IMG/VR virus record: IMGVR_UViG_3300047561_000814
Location: 1-64,000 of that record
Reading direction: 5' to 3' (one strand)
From: a virus
Taxonomy: Duplodnaviria; Caudoviricetes
Length of the DNA: 64,000 nt
Of the stretch, positions 1 through 9,254 are shown piece by piece. Below the pieces are notes generated by a model. That model searched no databases and was not told where the DNA came from. It saw only the letters and a program-made list of their open reading frames with translations. Numbering within the stretch: the first letter of the stretch is position 1; every line of letters begins with the position of its first letter. Made by a program: the position numbers and the translations under genes.

Positions 1-2
1 CT

Positions 3-833
3 CTTGATATTGATTCAACTGTAGTAACATTAACAGGTACACAAACTCTTACAAACAAGACACTAACATCACCAACATTAACAACTCCTGATCTTGGAAC
101 TCCATCAGCAGGAACTTTAACAAATGCAACTGGTCTTCCAGTAGCAACTGGTATTTCAGGTCTTGGAACTAGCGTAGCAACATTCCTTGCTACACCATCT
201 AGTGCCAACTTAGCAGCAGCAGTAACTGGTGAAACAGGAACTGGCGCACTAGTATTTGCTGAGAGTCCAACTTTGGTAACTCCAGCACTTGGAACTCCAG
301 CGTCTGGAACAATGACAAACGTAACTGGATTACCTATTTCAACTGGTGTATCTGGTCTTGGAACTGGCGTAGCAACATTTCTTGCAACTCCATCTTCTGC
401 AAACCTTGCATCAGCATTAACTGATGAATCAGGATCTTCAACAGTAGCATTTACTAACAGTCCAACTTTTGTTACACCAAACATTGGTGCAGCAACAGCA
501 ACAAGTATTACACTTGACGATGCACTAATAGGTTCTGCAGCAAACGTTGCTGGAACTTCAGCAACTACAATTGACTCATGGTCAACAAGCACTTACCGAT
601 CTGCAAAATATATTGTACAGATGATAAAAGGTAGTGATATTGAAGTAATTGAGTTACTTGTTACAGTTGATGGATCAAACAACGTTTACTTAACAGAGTA
701 TGCAGATGTAATCAGCAATGCTGAACTAGGAACAACTAACGCTGTTTACAGTGGTGGAAACGTTCTTCTTCAGGTAACTGGTGCATCAGCATCTACCGCT
801 GTTAAAGTACACAAGATTTATATTGAAGTATAA
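3..833 (+). CDS. Tail fibre-like virion protein, 5'-truncated (frame is open from the window start)
   Basis: The frame of ORF 273..833 reads open back to position 3. It is Thr/Ser/Gly-rich with repeated [10 protein letters not shown] and [19 protein letters not shown] units typical of phage fibres. Confidence 0.7.
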   Translation, partial: LDIDSTVVTLTGTQTLTNKTLTSPTLTTPDLGTPSAGTLTNATGLPVATGISGLGTSVATFLATPSSANLAAAVTGETGTGALVFAESPTLVTPALGTPASGTMTNVTGLPISTGVSGLGTGVATFLATPSSANLASALTDESGSSTVAFTNSPTFVTPNIGAATATSITLDDALIGSAANVAGTSATTIDSWSTSTYRSAKYIVQMIKGSDIEVIELLVTVDGSNNVYLTEYADVISNAELGTTNAVYSGGNVLLQVTGASASTAVKVHKIYIEV

Positions 834-851
834 CTAGAATAGAGGTTATAA

Positions 852-1304
852 GTGGCAACAGTAAATAAAGACTTCAGAGTAAAGCACGGCATTATTGTAG
901 CCGATGGCGGAACTTTTGGATCAACAGTCACAGTTGCCACTCCTACCTTAGATACACATGCAACAACAAAACTATATGTAGATACAGCAGTTGGATCACC
1001 AACTATTGGAACAACACAGCCAGGATCTCCAGCAAATGGAAATTTATGGTTTGATACAGTAACAGAACGTATTCACGTATACTACAATAGTGAGTGGATT
1101 GCAATTGCTACCCTTGAAGATTCTGAAATATTGCCTAACCATATTCATGACACAGCAATTGATGGAACTGGGTTGGTTGTAAGTAGATTTATTGATGCTG
1201 GGTTTTATTATGAGCCTGGCGTTCTTGTAAGTGCTGGACTTTACAACACTACAGATTTTGAAGCAACGTATGACGGTGGTACAGCAACAGATAACTTTAA
1301 CTAA
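852..1304 (+). CDS. Putative virion/fibre-associated protein
   Basis: GAGG RBS and GTG start. Contains HATTKLYVD and GNLWFDT...YYNSEW motifs seen in fibre proteins. Lies between fibre genes. Confidence 0.55.
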   Translation: MATVNKDFRVKHGIIVADGGTFGSTVTVATPTLDTHATTKLYVDTAVGSPTIGTTQPGSPANGNLWFDTVTERIHVYYNSEWIAIATLEDSEILPNHIHDTAIDGTGLVVSRFIDAGFYYEPGVLVSAGLYNTTDFEATYDGGTATDNFN

Positions 1305-1309
1305 TTATC

Positions 1310-1318
1310 TGTTATAAT
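1310..1318 (+). promoter_or_regulatory. Extended -10 promoter (TGTTATAAT) for the tail fibre gene
   Basis: TGn-TATAAT in the intergenic gap, followed by AAGGAG RBS and ATG at 1343. Confidence 0.65.
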
Positions 1319-1342
1319 ATAACTAAGTATAAGGAGTAATAA

Positions 1343-3172
1343 ATGGCAACCAGAATGCAACAGCGTAGAGGAACTGCAGCGCAGTGGATCTCTACAAACT
1401 CAGGAGCAGGACCAGTATTAAATGCTGGTGAAATGGGCTGGGAATCAGATACAAATAAATTTAAAATTGGTGACGGTGTAAATAACTGGACAAGCCTAGA
1501 CTACTTCTCCGACATTAACTCTACTGTTAACCCTGCTTTTGGTACAAGCATTGTTTTTGAAGGTGCTACTGCTGACTCTTACGAGACTACCGTTGCAGTA
1601 ACAGACCCAACTGCTGACAGAACAATCACTCTTCCAGACGCTACTGGAACTGTAGCACTTACAAGTGATATCACATTAACAGCATCATCAACAACCACAC
1701 TTTCAAACAAATCAATCTCACTTGGCTCAAACACAGTTACATCAACTCTCGCTCAGTTAAATACTGCAGTATCTGATGCAGATGTAGCGTCACTTGCAGG
1801 AACAGAAACTCTTACAAATAAAACTTTAACAAGCCCAATCTTAACTACACCAAATATTGGAGTAGCATCTGGTACATCACTAACGCTAACTGGTGATTTA
1901 ACAGTTCAAGGAACTACTACAACTATTGATTCAACTACAATTGCTGTTAAAACTGCTTTTGTTTTTGAAGGTGCAACAAACGATTCTTATGAAACCACAC
2001 TTACAGTAACAGACCCTACAGCAGATAGAACAGTAACTATTCCAGATGCAACAGACACATTAGTAGGACGTGCAACTACAGATACGCTTACTAATAAATC
2101 AATTTCACTTGCTTCAAACACAGTTACATCAACTCTCGCTCAGTTAAACACTGCAGTTAGTGATGCAGATGTAGCCTCCCTTGCTGGATCTGAAACACTT
2201 ACAAATAAGACAGTTGCTCTTGGCTCAAATACAGTATCAGGAACTTTAGCACAATTCAATACCGCCGTCACGGATGCTGACTTTGCATCTTTAGCGGGTA
2301 GTGAAACACTTACAAATAAGACTATTAGCATTGCTTCAAATACCTTAACTGGAGTTGCCCCACTTGCCTCACCTACATTTACAGGAACTGTAACGCTGCC
2401 ATCAGGCACAGTTACTTCAACAATGATTCTTGATGGAACTATTGCAACTGCAGATATTGCAGATTCTGCAGTAACATCAGCAAAGATTGCAAATGACACA
2501 ATTGTAGATGCAGACATTAACTCTGCTGCTGCCATTGCAACATCTAAAATCTCAGGACTTGATACAGCACTTGGCCTAAAGGCTCCACTTGCAGCACCAG
2601 CATTCACAGGAACTGCAACAGCAGTTAACTTAACAATTTCTGGGGACTTGACAGTAAACGGAACTACGACAAACCTTAATTCAACTAACTTAGTTGTTGA
2701 AGATAAGAATATTGTTCTTGGAGATACAGCAACCCCTACAGATGTAACTGCTGATGGTGGCGGTATAACACTAAAAGGCCTATCAGATAAGACATTTAAC
2801 TGGGTAGACGCTACAGATGCTTGGACCTCATCAGAACACATCAACCTTGCTTCTGGCAAGTCATATTCTATTAATGGAACTGCTCTTAAAGATGTATCTG
2901 AAACTCTTTCAAATAAAACACTAGCAAGTGCAGTAGCAACAACAGCACTTACTCTTAATGCTACAGCAGAACTTAGATTAGCAGATACAGACTCAAGTCA
3001 CTATGTTGGTTTTAAGGCTCCAGGAACTGTTACAACAAATAAGGTTTGGACACTTCCTTCAGCAGATGGAACTGCCAATCAAGTCTTAACAACAAATGGT
3101 TCTGGAATTTTATCATTTGCCTCTGCTTCAGCAGGAGTAGATGAAGCAATTATAATTATGGGTGCTTACTAA
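1343..3172 (+). CDS. Tail fibre protein with Mtd_N/hyaluronidase-N-like N-terminus
   Basis: N-terminal QRRGTAAQW...PVLNAGEMGWESDTNKFKIGDG motif, followed by Thr-rich internal repeats (FEGATADSYETT...DPTADRTITLPD; SLAGSETLTNKT). Confidence 0.8.
   Translation: MATRMQQRRGTAAQWISTNSGAGPVLNAGEMGWESDTNKFKIGDGVNNWTSLDYFSDINSTVNPAFGTSIVFEGATADSYETTVAVTDPTADRTITLPDATGTVALTSDITLTASSTTTLSNKSISLGSNTVTSTLAQLNTAVSDADVASLAGTETLTNKTLTSPILTTPNIGVASGTSLTLTGDLTVQGTTTTIDSTTIAVKTAFVFEGATNDSYETTLTVTDPTADRTVTIPDATDTLVGRATTDTLTNKSISLASNTVTSTLAQLNTAVSDADVASLAGSETLTNKTVALGSNTVSGTLAQFNTAVTDADFASLAGSETLTNKTISIASNTLTGVAPLASPTFTGTVTLPSGTVTSTMILDGTIATADIADSAVTSAKIANDTIVDADINSAAAIATSKISGLDTALGLKAPLAAPAFTGTATAVNLTISGDLTVNGTTTNLNSTNLVVEDKNIVLGDTATPTDVTADGGGITLKGLSDKTFNWVDATDAWTSSEHINLASGKSYSINGTALKDVSETLSNKTLASAVATTALTLNATAELRLADTDSSHYVGFKAPGTVTTNKVWTLPSADGTANQVLTTNGSGILSFASASAGVDEAIIIMGAY
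1727..2148 (+). repeat. Identical 35-bp direct repeat (1727-1761 and 2114-2148) within a longer degenerate module duplication in the fibre gene
   Basis: tcaaacacagttacatcaactctcgctcagttaaa occurs twice, 387 bp (129 codons) apart. Confidence 0.85.
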
Positions 3173-3203
3173 AATACAAAGCACTAACTCTTAACTAGAG
3201 ATT

Positions 3204-3235
3204 AACACGCCTTAAACAAGCGTGTTTTTCTTTTT
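3204..3235 (+). terminator. Intrinsic terminator after the fibre gene
   Basis: AACACGC-cttaaacaa-GCGTGTT hairpin followed by a T-rich tract. Confidence 0.7.
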
Positions 3236-3242
3236 AATTCTA

Positions 3243-3251
3243 TGATATACT
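3243..3251 (+). promoter_or_regulatory. Extended -10 promoter (TGATATACT) for nrdJ
   Basis: TGn-TATACT directly after the terminator and upstream of the GTG start at 3310. Confidence 0.6.
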
Positions 3252-3309
3252 TAACACTACTTTGGATTCTGCAAAGTACTTATATTATTAATAGAAAGTT
3301 GGAACATAA

Positions 3310-5340
3310 GTGTCAGATATCTTTTCTTTTCGTTTGTCAGATGAGTTTGTAAATAAATATACTGAGGTACCAGCCCCATTTGGCTTTTCAGATGCTGGGT
3401 CAAACTCTTTAGGAGAGATTACCTTCATACGCACATACTCTAGGATGAAAGAAGATGGAACAAAAGAAAGATGGCATGAGGTTTGCAAGCGGGTAATTGA
3501 AGGAATGTACTCTGTACAAAAAAACCATGCTAAAGATAATCGCCTCCCATGGAACGATAACAAGGCTCAGAAGTCTGCCCAAGAAGCCTTTCAAAGAATG
3601 TTTGAATTAAAGTGGACACCACCAGGTCGTGGTCTTTGGGCATTTGGAACCCCTATGACTATGGAAAAACGTAACTCTGCTTCTTTGCAGAACTGCGCTA
3701 TGGTCTCTACTCGTGATATTGATCGTAATGATCCAGGAGCATTATTTGCTTGGGTTATGGATGCATTAATGCTTGGTATAGGTGTAGGGTTTGATACCGT
3801 CGGTCAAGATAAAGAAATGTCTATCTATGCTCCAACAGAACCAGAAAATGTATGGGATATTCCAGATACTCGTGAAGGTTGGGTTGACTCAGTAAGAATG
3901 CTTTTAAATTCATACCTACGACCTAATCAGGCTATACAGAAGTTTAACTATGACCTTATCCGTCCACTAGGAGCACCCATAAAGGGCTTTGGTGGGGTTG
4001 CTAGCGGTCCAGAACCACTCATTGCACTACACAGTAAGATAGACAGGGTAATTGGCGGTAGACCAGGAGAAACTCTTGATTCTCGTGCAATAGTAGACAT
4101 TGTAAACCTTATTGGTACATGCGTTGTTTCTGGTAATGTTCGTCGTTCCGCTACTTTGGCTTTAGGAAATGCTGAAGATAAAGATTTTATTAATTTAAAA
4201 AATGCAGAGGTTTTTCCAGATAGAAACTCATTTGATTCAGAGAATCCAGGATGGGCTTGGATGTCTAATAATTCTATCTCTGCAGAAGTTGGAACAAAGT
4301 ATGAAGACTATGTTGATTTAATTGCAGACAATGGTGAGCCAGGATTTATTTGGCTAGATGTTGCTAGAGATTATGGAAGATTGGCTGACGCTCCAGATTA
4401 TAAAGATTCTCGTGTTATGGGATTCAACCCATGCGCTGAACAACCATTAGAAAGTTATGAATTATGCACACTTGTAGAAGTTCATCTAAATCGTCATGAA
4501 GATAAAGAAGACTTTTTACGTACGCTAAAGTTTGCTTATTTATACGGTAAAACCGTTACGCTTATGCCAACACATTGGCAAGTTACAAATGGAATTATGC
4601 AACGTAATCGTCGTATTGGAACATCGCTTACTGGTATTGCATCTTTTGCAGATAAAAAAGGTATGCCAGTAATTCGTGAGTGGATGGACGAGGGGTATCA
4701 AAAGATTCGCTCATACGATCATACCTATTCAGAATGGTTATGTGTACGTGAATCAATTCGTGTAACTACCGTCAAACCTTCAGGATCTGTTTCATTGTTA
4801 TCTGGTGCAACACCAGGAGTCCATTGGGGTCCAGGAGGAGAGTTCTATCTTCGTGCTATAAGGTTTGGTAATACAGATCCAATGGTGCATTTATTTAAAG
4901 CGGCAGGGTATAAAATTGAAGATGACGTAGTATCAGCAAACACTTCAGTAGTATATTTCCCAGTAGCATCTGGACATCCTCGTTCTGAGAAGGATGTAAG
5001 TCTTTTTGAAAAAATTGGTTTGGCTGCTACTGCTCAAAAGTATTGGTCTGATAATGGAGTATCTGTAACTTTATCATTTGATAAGGAGTCTGAGACTAAA
5101 CATATTGCTCCAGCATTACATATGTATGAGGGTCAATTAAAGGCAGTTTCATTTTTACCTATGGGTAATAAAACTTATCCTCAACAACCATATACAAACA
5201 TTACAAGAGAAGAGTATAACTCTTATGTTGGTAAAATTGGTAAAATTGATTGGTCTGCTATTTATGATGGCAAGGATAACCTTGATGCAGAGTCTGAAAA
5301 GTATTGCTCAACAGACGCTTGCGAAATCAAACTATATTAG
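3310..5340 (+). CDS. nrdJ: Adenosylcobalamin-dependent (class II, monomeric RTPR type) ribonucleotide reductase
   Basis: PPGRGLW, LQNCAMVS, VVSGNVRRSA, catalytic NPCAEQ, TTVKPSGSVSLL and the C-terminal redox pair CSTDAC. Confidence 0.95.
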   Translation: MSDIFSFRLSDEFVNKYTEVPAPFGFSDAGSNSLGEITFIRTYSRMKEDGTKERWHEVCKRVIEGMYSVQKNHAKDNRLPWNDNKAQKSAQEAFQRMFELKWTPPGRGLWAFGTPMTMEKRNSASLQNCAMVSTRDIDRNDPGALFAWVMDALMLGIGVGFDTVGQDKEMSIYAPTEPENVWDIPDTREGWVDSVRMLLNSYLRPNQAIQKFNYDLIRPLGAPIKGFGGVASGPEPLIALHSKIDRVIGGRPGETLDSRAIVDIVNLIGTCVVSGNVRRSATLALGNAEDKDFINLKNAEVFPDRNSFDSENPGWAWMSNNSISAEVGTKYEDYVDLIADNGEPGFIWLDVARDYGRLADAPDYKDSRVMGFNPCAEQPLESYELCTLVEVHLNRHEDKEDFLRTLKFAYLYGKTVTLMPTHWQVTNGIMQRNRRIGTSLTGIASFADKKGMPVIREWMDEGYQKIRSYDHTYSEWLCVRESIRVTTVKPSGSVSLLSGATPGVHWGPGGEFYLRAIRFGNTDPMVHLFKAAGYKIEDDVVSANTSVVYFPVASGHPRSEKDVSLFEKIGLAATAQKYWSDNGVSVTLSFDKESETKHIAPALHMYEGQLKAVSFLPMGNKTYPQQPYTNITREEYNSYVGKIGKIDWSAIYDGKDNLDAESEKYCSTDACEIKLY

Positions 5341-5349
5341 TCTTCATCC

Positions 5350-5358
5350 TGCTATAAT
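5350..5358 (+). promoter_or_regulatory. Extended -10 promoter (TGCTATAAT)
   Basis: Consensus match followed by AGGAG RBS and ATG at 5376. Confidence 0.65.
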
Positions 5359-5375
5359 AAGGGGATAGGAGAAAT

Positions 5376-8300
5376 ATGTCTACCCCATCAAATTTATATG
5401 CAGAAAAAGTATATTCTGAGCATCCGCTAGTTTTGTGGGCATTAGACGACACTCTTGACTATAAAAGTTTAATTACTGAAGCGCAACGTAATCTTACAAC
5501 GCTGTGGACAAAAACAAACTGCGTCTCTGCAACATCGTCAGAAGACTTAACTGAGCCATTTGTAGATAGTCATTTATCAAGAATTAGAGTTAACGTTCCA
5601 GTAACAGAAACACTTGAATCATCAGTCATTAGCCCAAATATTCTTAATATTAATACTCTTGCAGATCTTGGAACATTTACTATTGGATCATACTTTTACT
5701 CAAATAGCGTTTATTTGCAGAGTGTTTCTATAGGCTATGAATATACAAACCCAGCCACTTCAACCATAGTCCAAAATTTAAAAACCTTTACTAGCACACT
5801 TTATCAAAAGTGGGGATTTATTTCTGAGACTTTTGAAATTCCAAATATTTCTGCACAATTACGAATTGTTATTAAAATTAAAATTTTTGAAGGTTCAGGA
5901 ACATCAGCAGATAATGAATTTTATATAAATGGTATTACTTTTGGGCAGTGGAATGAAGAATTTAATACATATTCTCTAAATGGAATAACAGAAACCACAG
6001 TTCCAGCAACAATAAGCATCTATGGCGGATATGATGCAGTAGAGGCACAAGCATATGGAGTTGCAGAAGACTCTGGATACTATATTACTGAAGGTGGTTT
6101 AAAGTGTAAAAATGCTGGCATTCCTTTAGTTTACGGTGCAAGCGGAGTGACAAGGTTAGAGCCAAATACTGAAGCATCTTTAATACTTCCAGGTAAAGGA
6201 TTTTTAAATAAAAAAGGACAGTATAACGATTATACAATTGAGTTCTGGGCAAGAATAGCAGTAAACACATCTACACCATTTAAAATATTTGGACCAATAG
6301 CATCCGAAGATGGCCTGTATGTTGAAGATGGATTTTTAACATTAGTTATTGGTGATCAGTTTGCATCACACTTCGTTGGTGAGTGGTTTAGACCAATGCT
6401 TATTCATATTCGTTTAATTAAAGATTCTGCATCTTTATTGGTTAATGGTGAAGAAGTTTTATCATTATCTTTAGATACTGCTAATTTAACTCTTCCAGCA
6501 GAACTTGATAATATCGGAGATAGTCAAGACTGGGTAGGATTCTATGCAAGCAATACTGTGTATCCTTTTGAAATTGATTGTGTTGCCGTATATTCTTATC
6601 AGGTTCCAATTACAATTGCAAAACGCAGGTGGGTTTATGGACAAGGAGTTGTTTCTGCAGAAGGAATAAACTCATCATATGGAGGAACAACCGCTTTTGT
6701 AGATTATCCATTTGCAAATTACACTGCTAACTATAATTATCCAGATTTTGCTGGTTGGGATCAAGGAAGTTTTGATAACTTAGCAACTACTCAAACAAGT
6801 TTAAGAACGCCAGAATATTCTTTACCAGAAATATTTTTAGGTACTAAAACATTGCAAGAACTATATGATGATAACAAAGACGCACAAGATAACGAGTCTG
6901 GTCCCGTCATTACTGATAAATTTTTGTCCTTTAGACCTAATAATACCTGGAATTCCGTTGATTCATATATTAATTTTTCAAGATTTAACTTATTGTCAAG
7001 TGAAGTTGAGAGTTGTTATGGAGTCTTTAGTTCTCACAACCTAGCATCAAATGAGATATTATTTAAAATATATAACCCTTTAAACAATAACTATTTTACA
7101 ATTCTTAAAGACGGAAATTTAATTAAATATTCTTTAACCTATAACGGAACCACTCAACTCCTATCTACCTCTACAACAATAACTGCTAATAGTCTTTTTG
7201 CAGTTGGATTTAACATAAAAACATTATCAGAAAAATTTGGCAGTGATATAAGTTCTTTTTTTGGAAATCAAAGTTCACTAAAAATGTATGTTTGTGGAGA
7301 TAATTCTGGAGACTATACCTTTACAGGAAGACTTTATTCTATTGGATTGGGAACAACTTTAAATTCTACAAAAATAACAGACTATATTGACACAAACGGT
7401 TTTATTGAATTAGACAAAGGACAGCAGTTAATTGATCACACAGCCAGTTACACAGTCCTTCCTTCGGAGGCGTATGAGAAGTATTTCTTAGACATAGGGG
7501 TTGCAGGGTATTGGCAAGATTACCTACCTCTTTCTTACTTTGCTCAATTTGTAAAAAATAGCAATGATGAAAAATTTTATGAAATAGATTTTTTACAATT
7601 TAACTTGGGATACCCAACAACCACCACCTTACAGCAAGAGTCTGGAACGTCCTCTTCGTATTATAATACAGATGGCGCACAAATAAAAAGTTATGCAACA
7701 TTTCAATATGTTGCGGATGGTGCAAACATTCCTACTTCTTTTGCTAATGAAGAACCACCAGGTGAATACAAAATACTTGACTTAAATAACTACGAAAACT
7801 GGGAAACAACAAAGTTTGAAATTTTAAACAATACATTGATTTACCCAATTAAAACCACAGACTTTAATAAAATTGCAATTGTCTATAGTCTTGAATTTAA
7901 CAGTCGTGGAGTTTTGACTAAGCCAATCCTATTAAATAAGTTACAGTTGGCCTCTCAAGCATTTAATGATAACTCCTTTAATCCAGTAGGAACAAGGTTT
8001 GGAGTAGACTTATTTCCATATAAAAAAAACGGAATCTACTTTGATTACAAATCTAAAAATCCGTTTAGCATATATAAAGAAAGCACCCCATATCTATATT
8101 TAACAAAAACATCTGGAATTGAAGTACGTGGTGAAATAGATATTTTAGAAAATCGTGGACTAAATCTTCCAATTAACAAAGAATTGGCAACAGCCTATAA
8201 AGTAAGCGCTATGCAATTGTGGTTAAGATATGATCAGGACACATTTCCAATAACCGCAACAGAGATTTTTGAAATTAACCATAAAGGCGGAACCCTTAAA

Positions 8301-8840
8301 TTTTACCTACAGGCAAACAGCCCCGACCTAGATAGAGGTAGGATATTTGTTTTGAATCAAAACGGTGTTCCTTATAATGGTGTTGGATTTTATTTAAATG
8401 GTAGTCTGGTAAGAGAGCCCGTCTTATCTCTTAAGGAGTGGTCCTCAATAGGTGTAGCATTTTTAACCTCTCTTGTCTATAATTCATATCTTGGAAGCAT
8501 AAATTTAACGGGGCCAGTATTATTTAATAACATTGCATATTATCAGGCAAACAGCCTATTAGAGGTTGAAAGTAGGACAATAAGAACTTGGTTTCAGGCA
8601 CTAACAGACGGTATTGCAACAAATGATTGGCAGTTTTGGTCCAGTAACTTTACATGGGATGGAATGTTAGTAATAGGATCATCAGAGTTCTATGGAATTA
8701 ATCCCTCAGATATTTATAAAACATATATAGGCACAAATAAAATAATTGTTGATGACGGAGAGGGACTGGTCTATCAGCCTGAAAAATTAAATATATATGC
8801 AGGTACAGAGTGGTCAACCAACGTCTCCACACCAGTATAG
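5376..8840 (+). CDS. Large putative virion structural protein, possibly with LamG/concanavalin-like beta domains
   Basis: 1154 aa, beta-strand and aromatic rich. HPLVLWALDD and YTIEFWARI...LLVNGEEV segments are reminiscent of LamG folds. Adjacent to the head module. Confidence 0.5.
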   Translation: MSTPSNLYAEKVYSEHPLVLWALDDTLDYKSLITEAQRNLTTLWTKTNCVSATSSEDLTEPFVDSHLSRIRVNVPVTETLESSVISPNILNINTLADLGTFTIGSYFYSNSVYLQSVSIGYEYTNPATSTIVQNLKTFTSTLYQKWGFISETFEIPNISAQLRIVIKIKIFEGSGTSADNEFYINGITFGQWNEEFNTYSLNGITETTVPATISIYGGYDAVEAQAYGVAEDSGYYITEGGLKCKNAGIPLVYGASGVTRLEPNTEASLILPGKGFLNKKGQYNDYTIEFWARIAVNTSTPFKIFGPIASEDGLYVEDGFLTLVIGDQFASHFVGEWFRPMLIHIRLIKDSASLLVNGEEVLSLSLDTANLTLPAELDNIGDSQDWVGFYASNTVYPFEIDCVAVYSYQVPITIAKRRWVYGQGVVSAEGINSSYGGTTAFVDYPFANYTANYNYPDFAGWDQGSFDNLATTQTSLRTPEYSLPEIFLGTKTLQELYDDNKDAQDNESGPVITDKFLSFRPNNTWNSVDSYINFSRFNLLSSEVESCYGVFSSHNLASNEILFKIYNPLNNNYFTILKDGNLIKYSLTYNGTTQLLSTSTTITANSLFAVGFNIKTLSEKFGSDISSFFGNQSSLKMYVCGDNSGDYTFTGRLYSIGLGTTLNSTKITDYIDTNGFIELDKGQQLIDHTASYTVLPSEAYEKYFLDIGVAGYWQDYLPLSYFAQFVKNSNDEKFYEIDFLQFNLGYPTTTTLQQESGTSSSYYNTDGAQIKSYATFQYVADGANIPTSFANEEPPGEYKILDLNNYENWETTKFEILNNTLIYPIKTTDFNKIAIVYSLEFNSRGVLTKPILLNKLQLASQAFNDNSFNPVGTRFGVDLFPYKKNGIYFDYKSKNPFSIYKESTPYLYLTKTSGIEVRGEIDILENRGLNLPINKELATAYKVSAMQLWLRYDQDTFPITATEIFEINHKGGTLKFYLQANSPDLDRGRIFVLNQNGVPYNGVGFYLNGSLVREPVLSLKEWSSIGVAFLTSLVYNSYLGSINLTGPVLFNNIAYYQANSLLEVESRTIRTWFQALTDGIATNDWQFWSSNFTWDGMLVIGSSEFYGINPSDIYKTYIGTNKIIVDDGEGLVYQPEKLNIYAGTEWSTNVSTPV

Positions 8841-8858
8841 TCTGATATACTTATGGTT

Positions 8859-9254
8859 ATGGAATCCTTAATTAATCCAAAAACTGGTAAGCCTTATGTT
8901 AAAAATGTACGCCGTCAGGTAATAGATAAGCACTACGACTGGGGTCTTTACGTATATAAGACATCCGCTGGTAAATGGTTTACAGACGACGAAGGCTCAG
9001 TTTTAAACATACCGTCTGACCGTGGAGATCTTACAAAAATTGCAGAATTAAAAAAGGTTGCAATACACAATGGAGATGATGGACTTGGCAAAGCGGTATT
9101 TGTTCCAGGGTTGACTCAAGTTAGTGAAGAAGAGTATTCCGAACAAAAAGCAAGAATGAAAGAAGGCTTGATCCCTTCAATGAATGATTTAGGCGCTTGG
9201 CATGCAGCCCAGCAGACATTAGAAAAACATGGAAGAGGGGCTATGGATGAGTGA
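8859..9254 (+). CDS. Hypothetical protein upstream of the portal (probably leaderless)
   Basis: 133-aa ORF. TGATATACT at 8843-8851 lies 7 nt before ATG 8859. The stop overlaps the portal start region. Confidence 0.6.
   Translation: MESLINPKTGKPYVKNVRRQVIDKHYDWGLYVYKTSAGKWFTDDEGSVLNIPSDRGDLTKIAELKKVAIHNGDDGLGKAVFVPGLTQVSEEEYSEQKARMKEGLIPSMNDLGAWHAAQQTLEKHGRGAMDE

Noticed and set aside
1343-3172. Diversity-generating retroelement suggested by the Mtd_N-like domain and repeats
   Set aside because: There is no reverse transcriptase in the window. The repeats are in-frame coding modules without adenine-specific mismatches or a non-coding template copy.
3173-3309. Cobalamin riboswitch or NrdR box upstream of nrdJ
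   Set aside because: The predicted leader is only about 50 nt, too short, and I could not see a B12 box or a convincing NrdR-box match.
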